A stretch of DNA of 64,000 bases from an uncultured candidatus Porisulfidus sp. Lineage in GTDB: Bacteria; Pseudomonadota; Gammaproteobacteria; Poriferisulfidales; Oxydemutatoraceae. The position numbers and the translations under genes were made by a program. Location: assembly GCA_965215125.1 (NCBI GenBank), contig OZ244052.1:832713-896712 (forward strand). The letters are read 5' to 3'. The notes under the pieces were generated by a model that ran no database searches, was not told the DNA's origin, and saw only the letters and a program-made list of their open reading frames with translations. The stretch's first letter is position 1. Each line of letters opens with the position of its first letter. Shown one piece after another: positions 38,991-52,280 of the stretch.

Positions 38991-39314
38991 TTAGTATTCC
39001 AACAAACCCAACTTGTCAGGTTTATCTTTCCATTCGTCGGCATCGGGGGGAGCATCCTTCTTAACGGTTATCACCGGCCATTGTTGTGAAAGCTCGTCGT
39101 TCAATTTGAGAAACTGCTTCTGCTCTTCCTCTAAATCGTCTTCGGACAAGATAGCATCTATAGGGCACTCCGGTTCGCAAAGAGAACAATCAATACACTC
39201 TTCGGGATCTATCACCAAAAAGTTGGGTCCCTCGTGAAAACAATCTACCGGACACACCTCTACGCAATCCGTATATTTACATTTAATACAATTTTCTGTA
39301 ACCACAAAAGTCAT
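38991..39314 (-). CDS. fdxA: 7Fe ferredoxin (FdxA type)
   Basis: 107 aa; [18 protein letters not shown] and [12 protein letters not shown] cluster motifs. Confidence 0.85.
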   Translation of the reverse strand: MTFVVTENCIKCKYTDCVEVCPVDCFHEGPNFLVIDPEECIDCSLCEPECPIDAILSEDDLEEEQKQFLKLNDELSQQWPVITVKKDAPPDADEWKDKPDKLGLLEY

Positions 39315-39377
39315 ACCAAAACCTCATTAGTTGAAAAGCCTATTTTACATGATAACCTACATGCTTAGAGGCGGACT

Positions 39378-39494
39378 ATTCCCCTCCTGTGGAGGGGTGG
39401 CAGGCGCAGCCTGACGGGGTGGTTATTCCCCTCCTGTGGAGGGGTGGCAGGCGCAGCCTGACGGGGTGGTTATTCCCCTCCTGTGGAGGGGAAT
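39378..39494. repeat. head-to-tail tandem array of repeat module c (2.5 x 47 bp)
   Basis: attcccctcctgtggaggggtggcaggcgcagcctgacggggtggtt appears twice exactly and is then followed by attcccctcctgtggaggggaat; lies between fdxA and xthA. Confidence 0.9.
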
Positions 39495-39501
39495 GTTGCT
39501 T

Positions 39502-40293
39502 CTACGGGTGGTTATCAAACTCGGCAATTATCGGGGCATGGTCGGACGGGCGTTCTAGGGTGCGGGGGTGTTTGTCTATGATGCTAGATAAGCAATGTTC
39601 GCAAAGTTCAGTGTTGGCTAGCAACAGGTCTATGCGCAAGCCTGCGTTTTTATCAAAGCTATTGTTGCGATAATCCCACCAGCTAAAAGTATCTTCGGTT
39701 TTATGTTCAAACAGGCGGAAGGTGTCGGCGAGACCTAAGTCAAAGAAGGTCGCAAGCATTTGACGTTCGGGTTCGGTGCAGAGTATATGACCTGCCCACT
39801 TTTTAGGGTCGTGTACATCGGCATCGGCAGGGGCAATATTAAAGTCTCCCAAAACAATAATGTGACGGTGTGTTTGCATCTCGGCGGCGATGAAAGTTCT
39901 GATGTGTTCCAGCCACTTCAGTTTATAGTGATAGCGGTCGGAATCCACTTCGGAGCCGTTGACCACATATAGGTTGACGATACGGACACCGTCTATGGTT
40001 GCGGCTAAAACTCGCTTGTCTTCATCGTCTATATTTGCCACCTCGGTGTTTTCATCGTTCGCTTTGCCGCGATATAACAATGCGACTCCGTTATAACTTT
40101 TCTGCCCACTGAACATGGCTTGATAACCTGCCGCTTTTATTTCCCTTATCGGAAATTGTTCGTCGGTGACTTTGGTTTCCTGCACGGCAAGTACATCGAC
40201 TTGGGTATGTTTGAGCCAATCCAATATATGTTTAAGCCGCGTGCGTATAGAGTTGACATTCCATGATGCCACCGTAAATCTCTGGTTGTGCAC
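39502..40293 (-). CDS. xthA: exodeoxyribonuclease III
   Basis: 263 aa; FTVASWNVNSIRTR start; EEP-fold catalytic motifs (LQETK, GDFN, SDHAP). Confidence 0.9.
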   Translation of the reverse strand: MHNQRFTVASWNVNSIRTRLKHILDWLKHTQVDVLAVQETKVTDEQFPIREIKAAGYQAMFSGQKSYNGVALLYRGKANDENTEVANIDDEDKRVLAATIDGVRIVNLYVVNGSEVDSDRYHYKLKWLEHIRTFIAAEMQTHRHIIVLGDFNIAPADADVHDPKKWAGHILCTEPERQMLATFFDLGLADTFRLFEHKTEDTFSWWDYRNNSFDKNAGLRIDLLLANTELCEHCLSSIIDKHPRTLERPSDHAPIIAEFDNHP

Positions 40294-40312
40294 GGATATA
40301 TGCTCTGAGGTA

Positions 40313-42715
<2,403 letters not shown>

Positions 42716-42862
42716 TCAGGGGTTTAGAGGTTAAAAACATACTTAATAATGAGATTTAATTTAGTTTTTTTCAATCGTTATATTTTAGCACATATGGTAC
42801 CGTAATTTCGGATTTTAAGTGCTTCGGAGGTTGTGGTTTTTAATGTATGTGCCACTTGATAT

Positions 42863-42950
42863 GTTGAGGTTCTGCACAAGTCACGCCATTTGTTGTCGTT
42901 GCAACCACCCCGTCAAGCTCCGCTTGCCACCCCTCCACAGGAGGGGAATG
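42863..42950. repeat. repeat-family copy (module a-inverted + module c-inverted)
   Basis: gttgaggttctgcacaagtcacgcc...caaccaccccgtcaagctccgcttgccacccctccacaggaggggaatg directly upstream of the accC stop. Confidence 0.75.
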
Positions 42951-42953
42951 TTC

Positions 42954-44306
42954 TTACAGGTTGTAATGCGGCAACTTGGTTTCTAGATAGTGTATATCTA
43001 ATTTCCCGTCGGCAAAAGCCGAGTCGTCTAATATCTGTTTATGCAACATGATATTGGTGTCAATACCGTTGATGTATATTTCGTTAAGGGCGATTTGCAT
43101 GCGTTTGATGGCAATATCTCGGTTATCGCCGTATGCGATGAGTTTGCCTATCATCGAGTCATAAAACGGCGGCACGGTATAGCCGCCGTAGATATGCGAG
43201 TCTACGCGTATGCCGGGACCACCGGGTAAATGCAAATGTTCTATTGCACCGGGCGACGGCATAAAATTTTTAGGGTTTTCTGCATTGATTCTACATTCTA
43301 TTGCGTGTCCTTCAAAGCGTACATCCTCTTGTTTTATATTGAGTTTAAGACCGGCGGCGATTTCCAGTTGTTTTCTAACGATGTCTATGCCGGTAATCAT
43401 TTCGGTAACCGGATGTTCAACCTGTACCCGGGTGTTCATCTCTATAAAATAAAATTTGCCGTCTTCGTAAAGGAATTCAAAAGTGCCGGCACCGCGATAG
43501 CCGGTGCGTCGGCAAGCCTCCTTTACGATATGACCTATCTCGGCGCGTTGTTCCTCGCTAATACCGGGGGCAGGTGCTTCCTCTATTACCTTTTGATGCT
43601 TGCGTTGCATCGAGCAGTCTCGCTCTCCCAAGTGGATTACGTTGCCATGGGAGTCGGCTAATACCTGAAATTCAACATGGCGCGGCTTTTGCAGATATTT
43701 CTCCATATAGATTTCGTCGCTGTCAAATGCCGCTTTGGCTTCGGCTCGGGTTAATGCGAGCGCATTCGCCAAGGCACCTTCGGAATGTACCACACGCATA
43801 CCGCGACCACCACCGCCGTCGGTTGCTTTGATTATGACCGGATAGCCGATACCCTTAGCAATCTCAAAACTCTCTTCGGTTCCGCCTTGCAACGGGCTGT
43901 TGACTCCCGGCACACAAGGCACACCGGCTTCCAGCATGGTTTCTTTGGCGGTTATTTTGTTCGCCATCGCTTTGATAGTCGCCGGCTTAGGACCTATAAA
44001 AATAAAGCCGCTCGATTCTATTTGTTCGGCGAAAGACGCACTTTCGGAGAGAAAGCCGTAGCCCGGATGGATTGCCATTGCGTCGGTGACTTCGGCTGCG
44101 CTGATGATTGCCGGAATATTCAGATAGCTTTGCTGTGCCGGCGGCGGTCCTATACACACCGACTCATCCGCCAGCTTGACATGCATCAGGTCTTGGTCGG
44201 CTTTTGAATACACTGCCACCGTCTTGATATTGAGTTCTTGGCACGCGCGTAAAATGCGTAAAGCAATCTCTCCGCGATTGGCAATCAATACTTTATCAAG
44301 CATCAA
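42954..44306 (-). CDS. accC: acetyl-CoA carboxylase, biotin carboxylase subunit
   Basis: 450 aa; [21 protein letters not shown] start, ATP-grasp motifs; downstream of accB. Confidence 0.95.
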   Translation of the reverse strand: MMLDKVLIANRGEIALRILRACQELNIKTVAVYSKADQDLMHVKLADESVCIGPPPAQQSYLNIPAIISAAEVTDAMAIHPGYGFLSESASFAEQIESSGFIFIGPKPATIKAMANKITAKETMLEAGVPCVPGVNSPLQGGTEESFEIAKGIGYPVIIKATDGGGGRGMRVVHSEGALANALALTRAEAKAAFDSDEIYMEKYLQKPRHVEFQVLADSHGNVIHLGERDCSMQRKHQKVIEEAPAPGISEEQRAEIGHIVKEACRRTGYRGAGTFEFLYEDGKFYFIEMNTRVQVEHPVTEMITGIDIVRKQLEIAAGLKLNIKQEDVRFEGHAIECRINAENPKNFMPSPGAIEHLHLPGGPGIRVDSHIYGGYTVPPFYDSMIGKLIAYGDNRDIAIKRMQIALNEIYINGIDTNIMLHKQILDDSAFADGKLDIHYLETKLPHYNL

Positions 44307-44419
44307 TTTAAGGTTGTTGAAATATTACAAAATGCAAAACCGCCCCTACGGGTGGTTTGCAGATATTCTCGGCGCATAGCGGTTGCGGTCGTGCCAAACG
44401 GTACTTTAGGGCGGACATG

Positions 44420-44899
44420 TTAGTCCGCCCCTACAGAAGGTTCTATCCGAATAATAGTTTGCCCGAACTCAACGGGTTCTGCGTTTTCCACTAGGATCGC
44501 TTCAACGGTGCCGGAAATCGGGGCTTCAATATGGTTCATCATTTTCATCGCTTCTATAATGCAGAGAGGTTCACCTTTTTTAATCGTAGTTCCAATTTCC
44601 ACAAAGGGAGCGGCATCGGGCGATGAGGATCTATAAAAAGTCCCCACCATCGGAGCTTCAACATCATGTAAACTTGACGACAATGCTTCATGCTCTGCAC
44701 CGGCAGGTTGTTCACTGCTCGCTTGCTGCGTATTTTGCGAAGGTGCCGGTGTTGATATTGTCTGCGTTGTAGCTACCGGTGGTGCGATATTGCTTGCACG
44801 GCTGATTCTTACCGTGTCATCACCTTCTGTTACTTCTATTTCAGAGATGCCCGACTCTTCCAAAAGCTCTATCAGTTTTTTAACCTTACGTATATCCAT
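44420..44899 (-). CDS. accB: acetyl-CoA carboxylase biotin carboxyl carrier protein
   Basis: Start moved to the internal Met ([23 protein letters not shown]); biotinylation motif EAMKMMN; the longer track ORF would overlap aroQ. Confidence 0.85.
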   Translation of the reverse strand: MDIRKVKKLIELLEESGISEIEVTEGDDTVRISRASNIAPPVATTQTISTPAPSQNTQQASSEQPAGAEHEALSSSLHDVEAPMVGTFYRSSSPDAAPFVEIGTTIKKGEPLCIIEAMKMMNHIEAPISGTVEAILVENAEPVEFGQTIIRIEPSVGAD

Positions 44900-44903
44900 T
44901 TGT

Positions 44904-45350
44904 TTAGCTTTGTAGATGCCCGACTGCGGCTTGCAATGCGAGTTCGTAGCCTTGCGCGCCGGCACCCGATATGACTGCGACAGCAATATCCGACAGGAAA
45001 GACTGTCGGCGAAATGTTTCTCGAGCAAACACATTAGATAGGTGTATCTCTATGAATGGTTTAGAAACCGAGAGGAGCGCATCGCGCAGGGCGACGCTGG
45101 TATGTGTCAATGCGCCGGGATTGATAATAATAAAATCGGTTTTATCGTCCATCGTTTGGTGTATACGGTTAATAATCTCTGCCTCGGAGTTTGACTGCAA
45201 ATGGTCTATCTCAATGTTGCGCTCTTTCGCTTTTGAGCGGACTTGCTCAGTAATTTGCGCTAGGGTTTGCGTGCCGTAGATCTCAGGCTCGCGCTTTCCC
45301 AGCAAATTTAGGTTGGGACCATTGATGATAAGTATCTTATTTGTTGTCAT
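44904..45350 (-). CDS. aroQ: type II 3-dehydroquinate dehydratase
   Basis: 148 aa; [21 protein letters not shown] start; conserved aroQ-accB-accC arrangement. Confidence 0.9.
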   Translation of the reverse strand: MTTNKILIINGPNLNLLGKREPEIYGTQTLAQITEQVRSKAKERNIEIDHLQSNSEAEIINRIHQTMDDKTDFIIINPGALTHTSVALRDALLSVSKPFIEIHLSNVFARETFRRQSFLSDIAVAVISGAGAQGYELALQAAVGHLQS

Positions 45351-45476
45351 TGTTCATTAAATTAGGTGAAATTCGCCAAACATGTGGCTAGTAGCATAAC
45401 ATAATTATCCAAAATGCTAGAAATATGTTGTGCGGCACTCTGAAGAGTTAGTATCTAAAGGTTGAGGAATGCTTAA

Positions 45477-46829
45477 TTATCGCAGTGAATCTATCAGTTG
45501 GTCTTTCAGCCTGCCAAAATCGCCATTGGACATAATCAGCAAATGGTCTCCCTCTGCTAGCTCTTCAATAATTGCATGTTTTAGCTGTGCTATATCGTTA
45601 TGATACGAATACCGAGTTTTAGTTTTTTCCAATACCACTTCCGCCGACCAATCTAAATCCGGGGGGCTATAAAAGAAAAGACAGTCCGCTTCGTCAAAAG
45701 CGGCACCGAGCACTCGGTTGTGTTTACCTGCTTTCATCGTATTTGAACGTGGTTCAAAAGCAACCAATACGCGAGAGACTTTCCGGGCGCGCAATGCTTC
45801 TATGCTTGCCTTGATTTCAGTCGGATGATGGGCAAAATCATCGTAGACGGTAACTCCCTTATAGGTTCCGCAAACCTCAAGCCGACGGCGTACACCTTCA
45901 AAACTCTCTAGTGCTTGCAATGCGGTTCGGGGTGGCACACCGACATGCGCTGCGGCTGCGATTGCGCCTAAGGCATCGGCAATATTATGATCACCCGATA
46001 GCTTCCAGCGACAACATCCTTGCTGTCTGCCTTTATGAGATAATTCAAAGCCGTCGTTGCGCTTACGCGCCTGCCAGTCGGCAGTTTTATCCCCTGAATC
46101 AAAATACTCGCATTGCGACCAAAGTCCTTGTTCCAGAACATCTTGCAATGCGGTGTCGAAGGCGCGCACTAACACAACGGTATCCGCTGCCAGTGTTTTG
46201 AGTAAGTGATGAAACTGTGTCTTTATGGCATCTAAATCCTTAAAAATATCGGCATGGTCAAATTCTAGGTTGTTGAGCACCAAAACCTGCGGGCGATAGT
46301 GGATAAACTTCGATCTTTTATCAAAAAAAGCGGTATCGTATTCGTCGCCCTCTATAACAAACAAATCGGATTGTCCCAGGCGTGCAGAAACACCGAAGTT
46401 GATCGGCACGCCGCCGATTAGAAACCCCGGCTGCATTCCGGCAAACTCTAATATCCATGCGAGCATAGAAGCGGTCGTCGTTTTACCGTGCGTGCCGGCA
46501 ACGCATAAAACTCGGCGGTATTGCAGAACCTGTTCGTAAAGCCATTGCGGTCCCGAGTAGATAGGCATACGCCGGGCTAGCAAGGCTTCCACCGACTCGT
46601 CGCCTCTACACATTGCGTTGCCGACGATATAAATATCGTAACCGTCTAGCAACGATGCACTACAAGGTTGATCCAAACCGATGTTATGGGATGCCAACTG
46701 CTCGCTCATCGGCGGCCAAGCCGCTTTATCACAGCCTTGAACAAAATAGCCGAGTTCGCGGGCAATACCCGCAAGACCCGCCATAAAAGTGCCGCATATC
46801 CCGAGTAAATAAACTTTGCCTGCAGGCAT
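45477..46829 (-). CDS. mpl: UDP-N-acetylmuramate:L-alanyl-gamma-D-glutamyl-meso-diaminopimelate ligase
   Basis: 450 aa; Mur-ligase family with the Mpl-type N-terminus (LLGICGTFMAGLAGIAR) and GTHGKTTT P-loop. Confidence 0.85.
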   Translation of the reverse strand: MPAGKVYLLGICGTFMAGLAGIARELGYFVQGCDKAAWPPMSEQLASHNIGLDQPCSASLLDGYDIYIVGNAMCRGDESVEALLARRMPIYSGPQWLYEQVLQYRRVLCVAGTHGKTTTASMLAWILEFAGMQPGFLIGGVPINFGVSARLGQSDLFVIEGDEYDTAFFDKRSKFIHYRPQVLVLNNLEFDHADIFKDLDAIKTQFHHLLKTLAADTVVLVRAFDTALQDVLEQGLWSQCEYFDSGDKTADWQARKRNDGFELSHKGRQQGCCRWKLSGDHNIADALGAIAAAAHVGVPPRTALQALESFEGVRRRLEVCGTYKGVTVYDDFAHHPTEIKASIEALRARKVSRVLVAFEPRSNTMKAGKHNRVLGAAFDEADCLFFYSPPDLDWSAEVVLEKTKTRYSYHNDIAQLKHAIIEELAEGDHLLIMSNGDFGRLKDQLIDSLR

Positions 46830-46837
46830 AGTTCAAA

Positions 46838-47401
46838 TCACATAGCCATCAACGATACGAACAAACTACTCATTAAATAGAGCATCGCAATACCAATCGC
46901 AAAAGGCAGGCGTACTTCCAATGCATGAAGAAAAATATGCCCTAAGACTCTTAACATCCATATAAACAATGCCAAATAAACCAATGCGATTACCGCCCCG
47001 GCAGGAGAACTTTGCACCTGCGATTGAGCCTCTACGCCGAAACCGATAAGGTCGGCAGCAAAGAAGTTCAACGGTATAAACAAAACGCTAAACAAAGCGA
47101 TGCTACCGGTAATCGCTATCGCAGTTTGTGTGAAACGCATAGGAAAGCGGAATAACCATAATATTACTTTCAAGAAGGCTAACAAGAAAAACAAATCTAC
47201 GACGGTTTCCAACAAGTTAACTTCGGTCAAGCCTGTTGCAAGGCCCGAGAGAATGCCCATGGCAACCATAAAAGCACAAGACAAAATAAGTAATTTTCTG
47301 TATGCAGGCAGTTGTTGCGGAGTTGCCCGCAGTAGTATCAGATGCCATAGGATAACGATGAAATCCATCAATATCTCCCATAGTATTAATATAGATCTCA
47401 T
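46838..47401 (-). CDS. hypothetical integral membrane protein
   Basis: 187 aa, 5-6 hydrophobic segments; no motif recognised. Confidence 0.4.
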   Translation of the reverse strand: MRSILILWEILMDFIVILWHLILLRATPQQLPAYRKLLILSCAFMVAMGILSGLATGLTEVNLLETVVDLFFLLAFLKVILWLFRFPMRFTQTAIAITGSIALFSVLFIPLNFFAADLIGFGVEAQSQVQSSPAGAVIALVYLALFIWMLRVLGHIFLHALEVRLPFAIGIAMLYLMSSLFVSLMAM

Positions 47402-47448
47402 GATTTATTCAATCCGTCGCACTCGTATCGGTAGTGGGGTTAATACAC

Positions 47449-48213
47449 TCAATCGCGCGTGAAAACCCACTGTGTTTCGTTGGATAGCTTGGTCCGGTAA
47501 CGATAATTTCCTTCGCGAAACCGCTTCAGTAATTCGGGTGTCTTAATACGGTTTTTGATAATGTAGCGCGCCATCATACCTCGGGAGCGTTTGGCGGTGA
47601 AACTAATGACCTTATAGGTTCCGTTCTTTTTCTCCTTGAATATCGGCGTGATGATTTTAGCATCGAGATGATCCGGAACGATAGAATGAAAATACTCGTT
47701 GGATGCCAGGTTGATCAACACCGCATTACGCATCTTCTTAAGTTCGGCATTAATCGCTTCGGTGATGCGAGCACTCCAAAAATCGTAGAGGTCTTTGCCT
47801 TGTTTGTTTTTGAGACGGGTACCCATCTCAAGCCGATAAGGCTGTATCATATCCAACGGTTTTAAGACACCGTACAAGCCCGATAGTATACGCAGATGCT
47901 TTTGCGCAAAATCAAAATCTTTAGCCTCAAAGCTGGTAGCATCCAAACTCGAATACACATCGCCGTCAAAGGCTAAAAGTGCCTGCTTAGCTTTGGGGGT
48001 CGTCGTAGAGTTATCCCATAGCTTAAAACGGTCGGTATTCAAATCGGCAATTTTCGTGCTGACCGACATTAACTCCTGCAGTTGCTCGGTAGATAACTTT
48101 CGCAATCGCGTAACTAAATGGTTTGCATCCTCTAAAAATAGCGGCACGCTCTGTTTGCGTATCCTATTGCTATCAAAATCAAGACGTTTCGCTGGTGAAA
48201 TAATAACAATCAT
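47449..48213 (-). CDS. yaaA: peroxide stress protein YaaA (UPF0246)
   Basis: 254 aa; MIVIISPAKRLDF start characteristic of the YaaA/DUF328 family. Confidence 0.8.
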   Translation of the reverse strand: MIVIISPAKRLDFDSNRIRKQSVPLFLEDANHLVTRLRKLSTEQLQELMSVSTKIADLNTDRFKLWDNSTTTPKAKQALLAFDGDVYSSLDATSFEAKDFDFAQKHLRILSGLYGVLKPLDMIQPYRLEMGTRLKNKQGKDLYDFWSARITEAINAELKKMRNAVLINLASNEYFHSIVPDHLDAKIITPIFKEKKNGTYKVISFTAKRSRGMMARYIIKNRIKTPELLKRFREGNYRYRTKLSNETQWVFTRD

Positions 48214-49589
48214 AATTAATTCGTAATTTTTTTTATGCTCTTATTGTCTGCAACTCCATAACTGGGAATTATGTATTTAACCTGACAAGGTTTTTAGCCT
48301 TGCCATGTTCAACCATTTTTTGACGCTTCACAGACCAACAAATGTTGCAATCTCGACACCCGATAGCGGCACTCCCAGCCGCCATAATGTTTAATGCAGC
48401 ATTGATGTCCGCATTGCCCTCGTGTCCGCAGTACTGACACTTAAATATCGCTTGTGTTTTGCGGTTAGCTTTATTTACGCTTCCACATTTATTACAGGTT
48501 TGACTCGTGTAGTGTGCCGGCACTTTCTCCACATGGGCTTTGTAGCTTAAGCATTGCTCTAGCCTACTCCAGCCACTCTTTAGTATCTCCCTGTTCAAAC
48601 CTGACTTCGCCTTCACATTCTTACTCGGGCTGTCTATCGTCCCCTTCGCCGACTTCGTCATGCCTGCTGTATTCAATCCTTCCATATAAACACTATCGTA
48701 TTTATCTGCTATTAGCTTGTTGGTTTGATGACTCCAATTCGCTCTCACAAATCGCTCCGCTTGATATGCGCTCTGTAGTCTATGCTTCGCTAGCTTTCGT
48801 CTATTGCTCCCCTTGACCCGTCTTGCCACCATTCGTTGATAGTGCCTACGCCTTGCTTCCTTAAGCTTTAGGTCGGGTAGGTGATATATCGTTCCGTCCG
48901 ATAATGCTATCTGTCCCACATTCCTATCCAAACCCACTTCCTTTAGCATGTGCGGTTTGTCCGCTATCTCTACTTCATAAGTGATATAAGCATACCAGTT
49001 TCCGTACTCATGCTTCACTTGACCCGATACAAACTTCTCACCTTTATACCTATCCCCACCGGCAAACTTCATCCAACCAACCTTCTGTATGTAAATATGC
49101 TCGCCCGCTATTCGTGCTGTTTGCTTATCTATTGAAAATGAAGGATTATATGTATATCTGCTGTGAAACTTCGGCAATCCGCCATTACCAGTAAAGAAGT
49201 TTCTATAGCTAGTTTCTATTGGTTTTAATGACATCTTCACTATATAAGCGGAATATCCTTGCAGCCACTTGTCGCAATGCTTCCGCAAAGTCGTAAATTG
49301 CTTGCCTATTGTGAAATAACTAAACCGGCTCTCCCCGTAATACTCGTACTCGTCTCTCAACTTCTCTACAAAGTGATTCCAAACATATCGGCATGCGCCT
49401 GCAGTCCCGTGTAGCTTCTGGTGTTTCTCTTTTGTCGCCGGGTAAAGGCGATAGCGGATTGTTCTGTGGATTTTCATTGGTTTATTTTAACATTTTCTTG
49501 TCAAGTTATATGCATAATTCCGACTCAAGTAAATAGAATATCACCACTTGCTTCAAATGAACCGGCACTATACCCGTGCAGATACGACG
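48214..49589 (-). mobile_element. IS1341-like (tnpA-less IS605-family) element, approximate limits
   Basis: The tnpB ORF with about 55 bp to the yaaA start on one side and about 110 bp before the next repeat-family copy on the other; the ends are not defined by visible hairpins, so the limits are approximate. Confidence 0.4.
48269..49477 (-). CDS. tnpB: RNA-guided endonuclease TnpB (IS200/IS605 family OrfB, IS1341-like solo)
   Basis: 402 aa; N-terminal OrfB_IS605 region; RuvC-I GLDRNVG; RuvC-II YMEGLN; zinc finger CNKCGSVNKANRKTQAIFKCQYCGHEG; RuvC-III NADINAALNI; all three catalytic acidic residues present; no tnpA nearby. Confidence 0.85.
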   Translation of the reverse strand: MKIHRTIRYRLYPATKEKHQKLHGTAGACRYVWNHFVEKLRDEYEYYGESRFSYFTIGKQFTTLRKHCDKWLQGYSAYIVKMSLKPIETSYRNFFTGNGGLPKFHSRYTYNPSFSIDKQTARIAGEHIYIQKVGWMKFAGGDRYKGEKFVSGQVKHEYGNWYAYITYEVEIADKPHMLKEVGLDRNVGQIALSDGTIYHLPDLKLKEARRRHYQRMVARRVKGSNRRKLAKHRLQSAYQAERFVRANWSHQTNKLIADKYDSVYMEGLNTAGMTKSAKGTIDSPSKNVKAKSGLNREILKSGWSRLEQCLSYKAHVEKVPAHYTSQTCNKCGSVNKANRKTQAIFKCQYCGHEGNADINAALNIMAAGSAAIGCRDCNICWSVKRQKMVEHGKAKNLVRLNT

Positions 49590-49700
49590 GGGCTGTTGAA
49601 AAAGTATTCACGAACTGTAGGACGGTACATTCCCCTCCTGTGGAGGGGTGGCAGGCAGAGCCTGACGGGGTGGTTAATTCCCCTCCACAGGAGGGGAATA
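49590..49700. repeat. composite repeat (ggggctgttgaaaaagtatt module + module c + inverted-loop c half)
   Basis: acggggctgttgaaaaagtattcacg...attcccctcctgtggaggggtggcaggcagagcctgacggggtggttaattcccctccacaggaggggaat, between the tnpB upstream end and the tgt stop. Confidence 0.8.
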
Positions 49701-49701
49701 G

Positions 49702-51829
<2,128 letters not shown>

Positions 51830-51900
51830 TATTCTGTCCTTATAAGAATACAAAATAATAACAGTACTAAACTGTGTTAATAAATGATAGTGTGAAAATA

Positions 51901-51937
51901 AAAAAGAGCCGGGGATATTAAATCCCCGGCAAAGGGG
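51901..51937 (-). terminator. rho-independent terminator-like hairpin (minus strand)
   Basis: On the minus strand gccggggatttaatatccccggc is followed by TCTTTTTTATTTT; lies about 350 nt downstream of the dnaX stop and 70 nt upstream of the queA start. Confidence 0.5.
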
Positions 51938-52280
51938 TCGTGGTAATCATTACCACTTTCTAAGGAGGGTTTGACTTCCTGTCGCCGAGTTCAGGGGGGT
52001 CTCAGCAATTGATATAGTTTAGTCTAAATAACCCTTTCTCATGCAAAAAAATACTGTTGACCAAACTAAAACCAACATTAAAAATTCCATTTGTTTAACT
52101 CCTATATCCAAAGTACATTACATCATTTCTGTATATAAGTATATCATAATATACTTATATAGCAATACTATTCCAAGGTTTTTTTGAAAGTATTTTTTAT
52201 TCTATTGATTTTACCCAATTTATAGTTATAAAAAGTGAAAGAATCAAGAAAAACTCAGTTCAATTTTTAAGTCGTATTTG

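Noticed and set aside
39378-39494. Possible CRISPR array (regular about 47-bp repeats)
   Set aside because: The units are directly adjacent with no unique spacers, the sequence is the dispersed module c found at many other loci, and no cas genes are present.
44420-45034. 204-aa version of accB overlapping aroQ
   Set aside because: The canonical AccB N-terminus [12 protein letters not shown] begins at the internal Met (44899); the upstream extension overlaps aroQ and is an ORF-calling artefact.
51944-51960. Fur box (gtggtaatcattaccac) regulating queA
   Set aside because: Two symmetric deviations from the GATAATGATAATCATTATC consensus, and there is no physiological rationale; kept only as part of the candidate sRNA observation.
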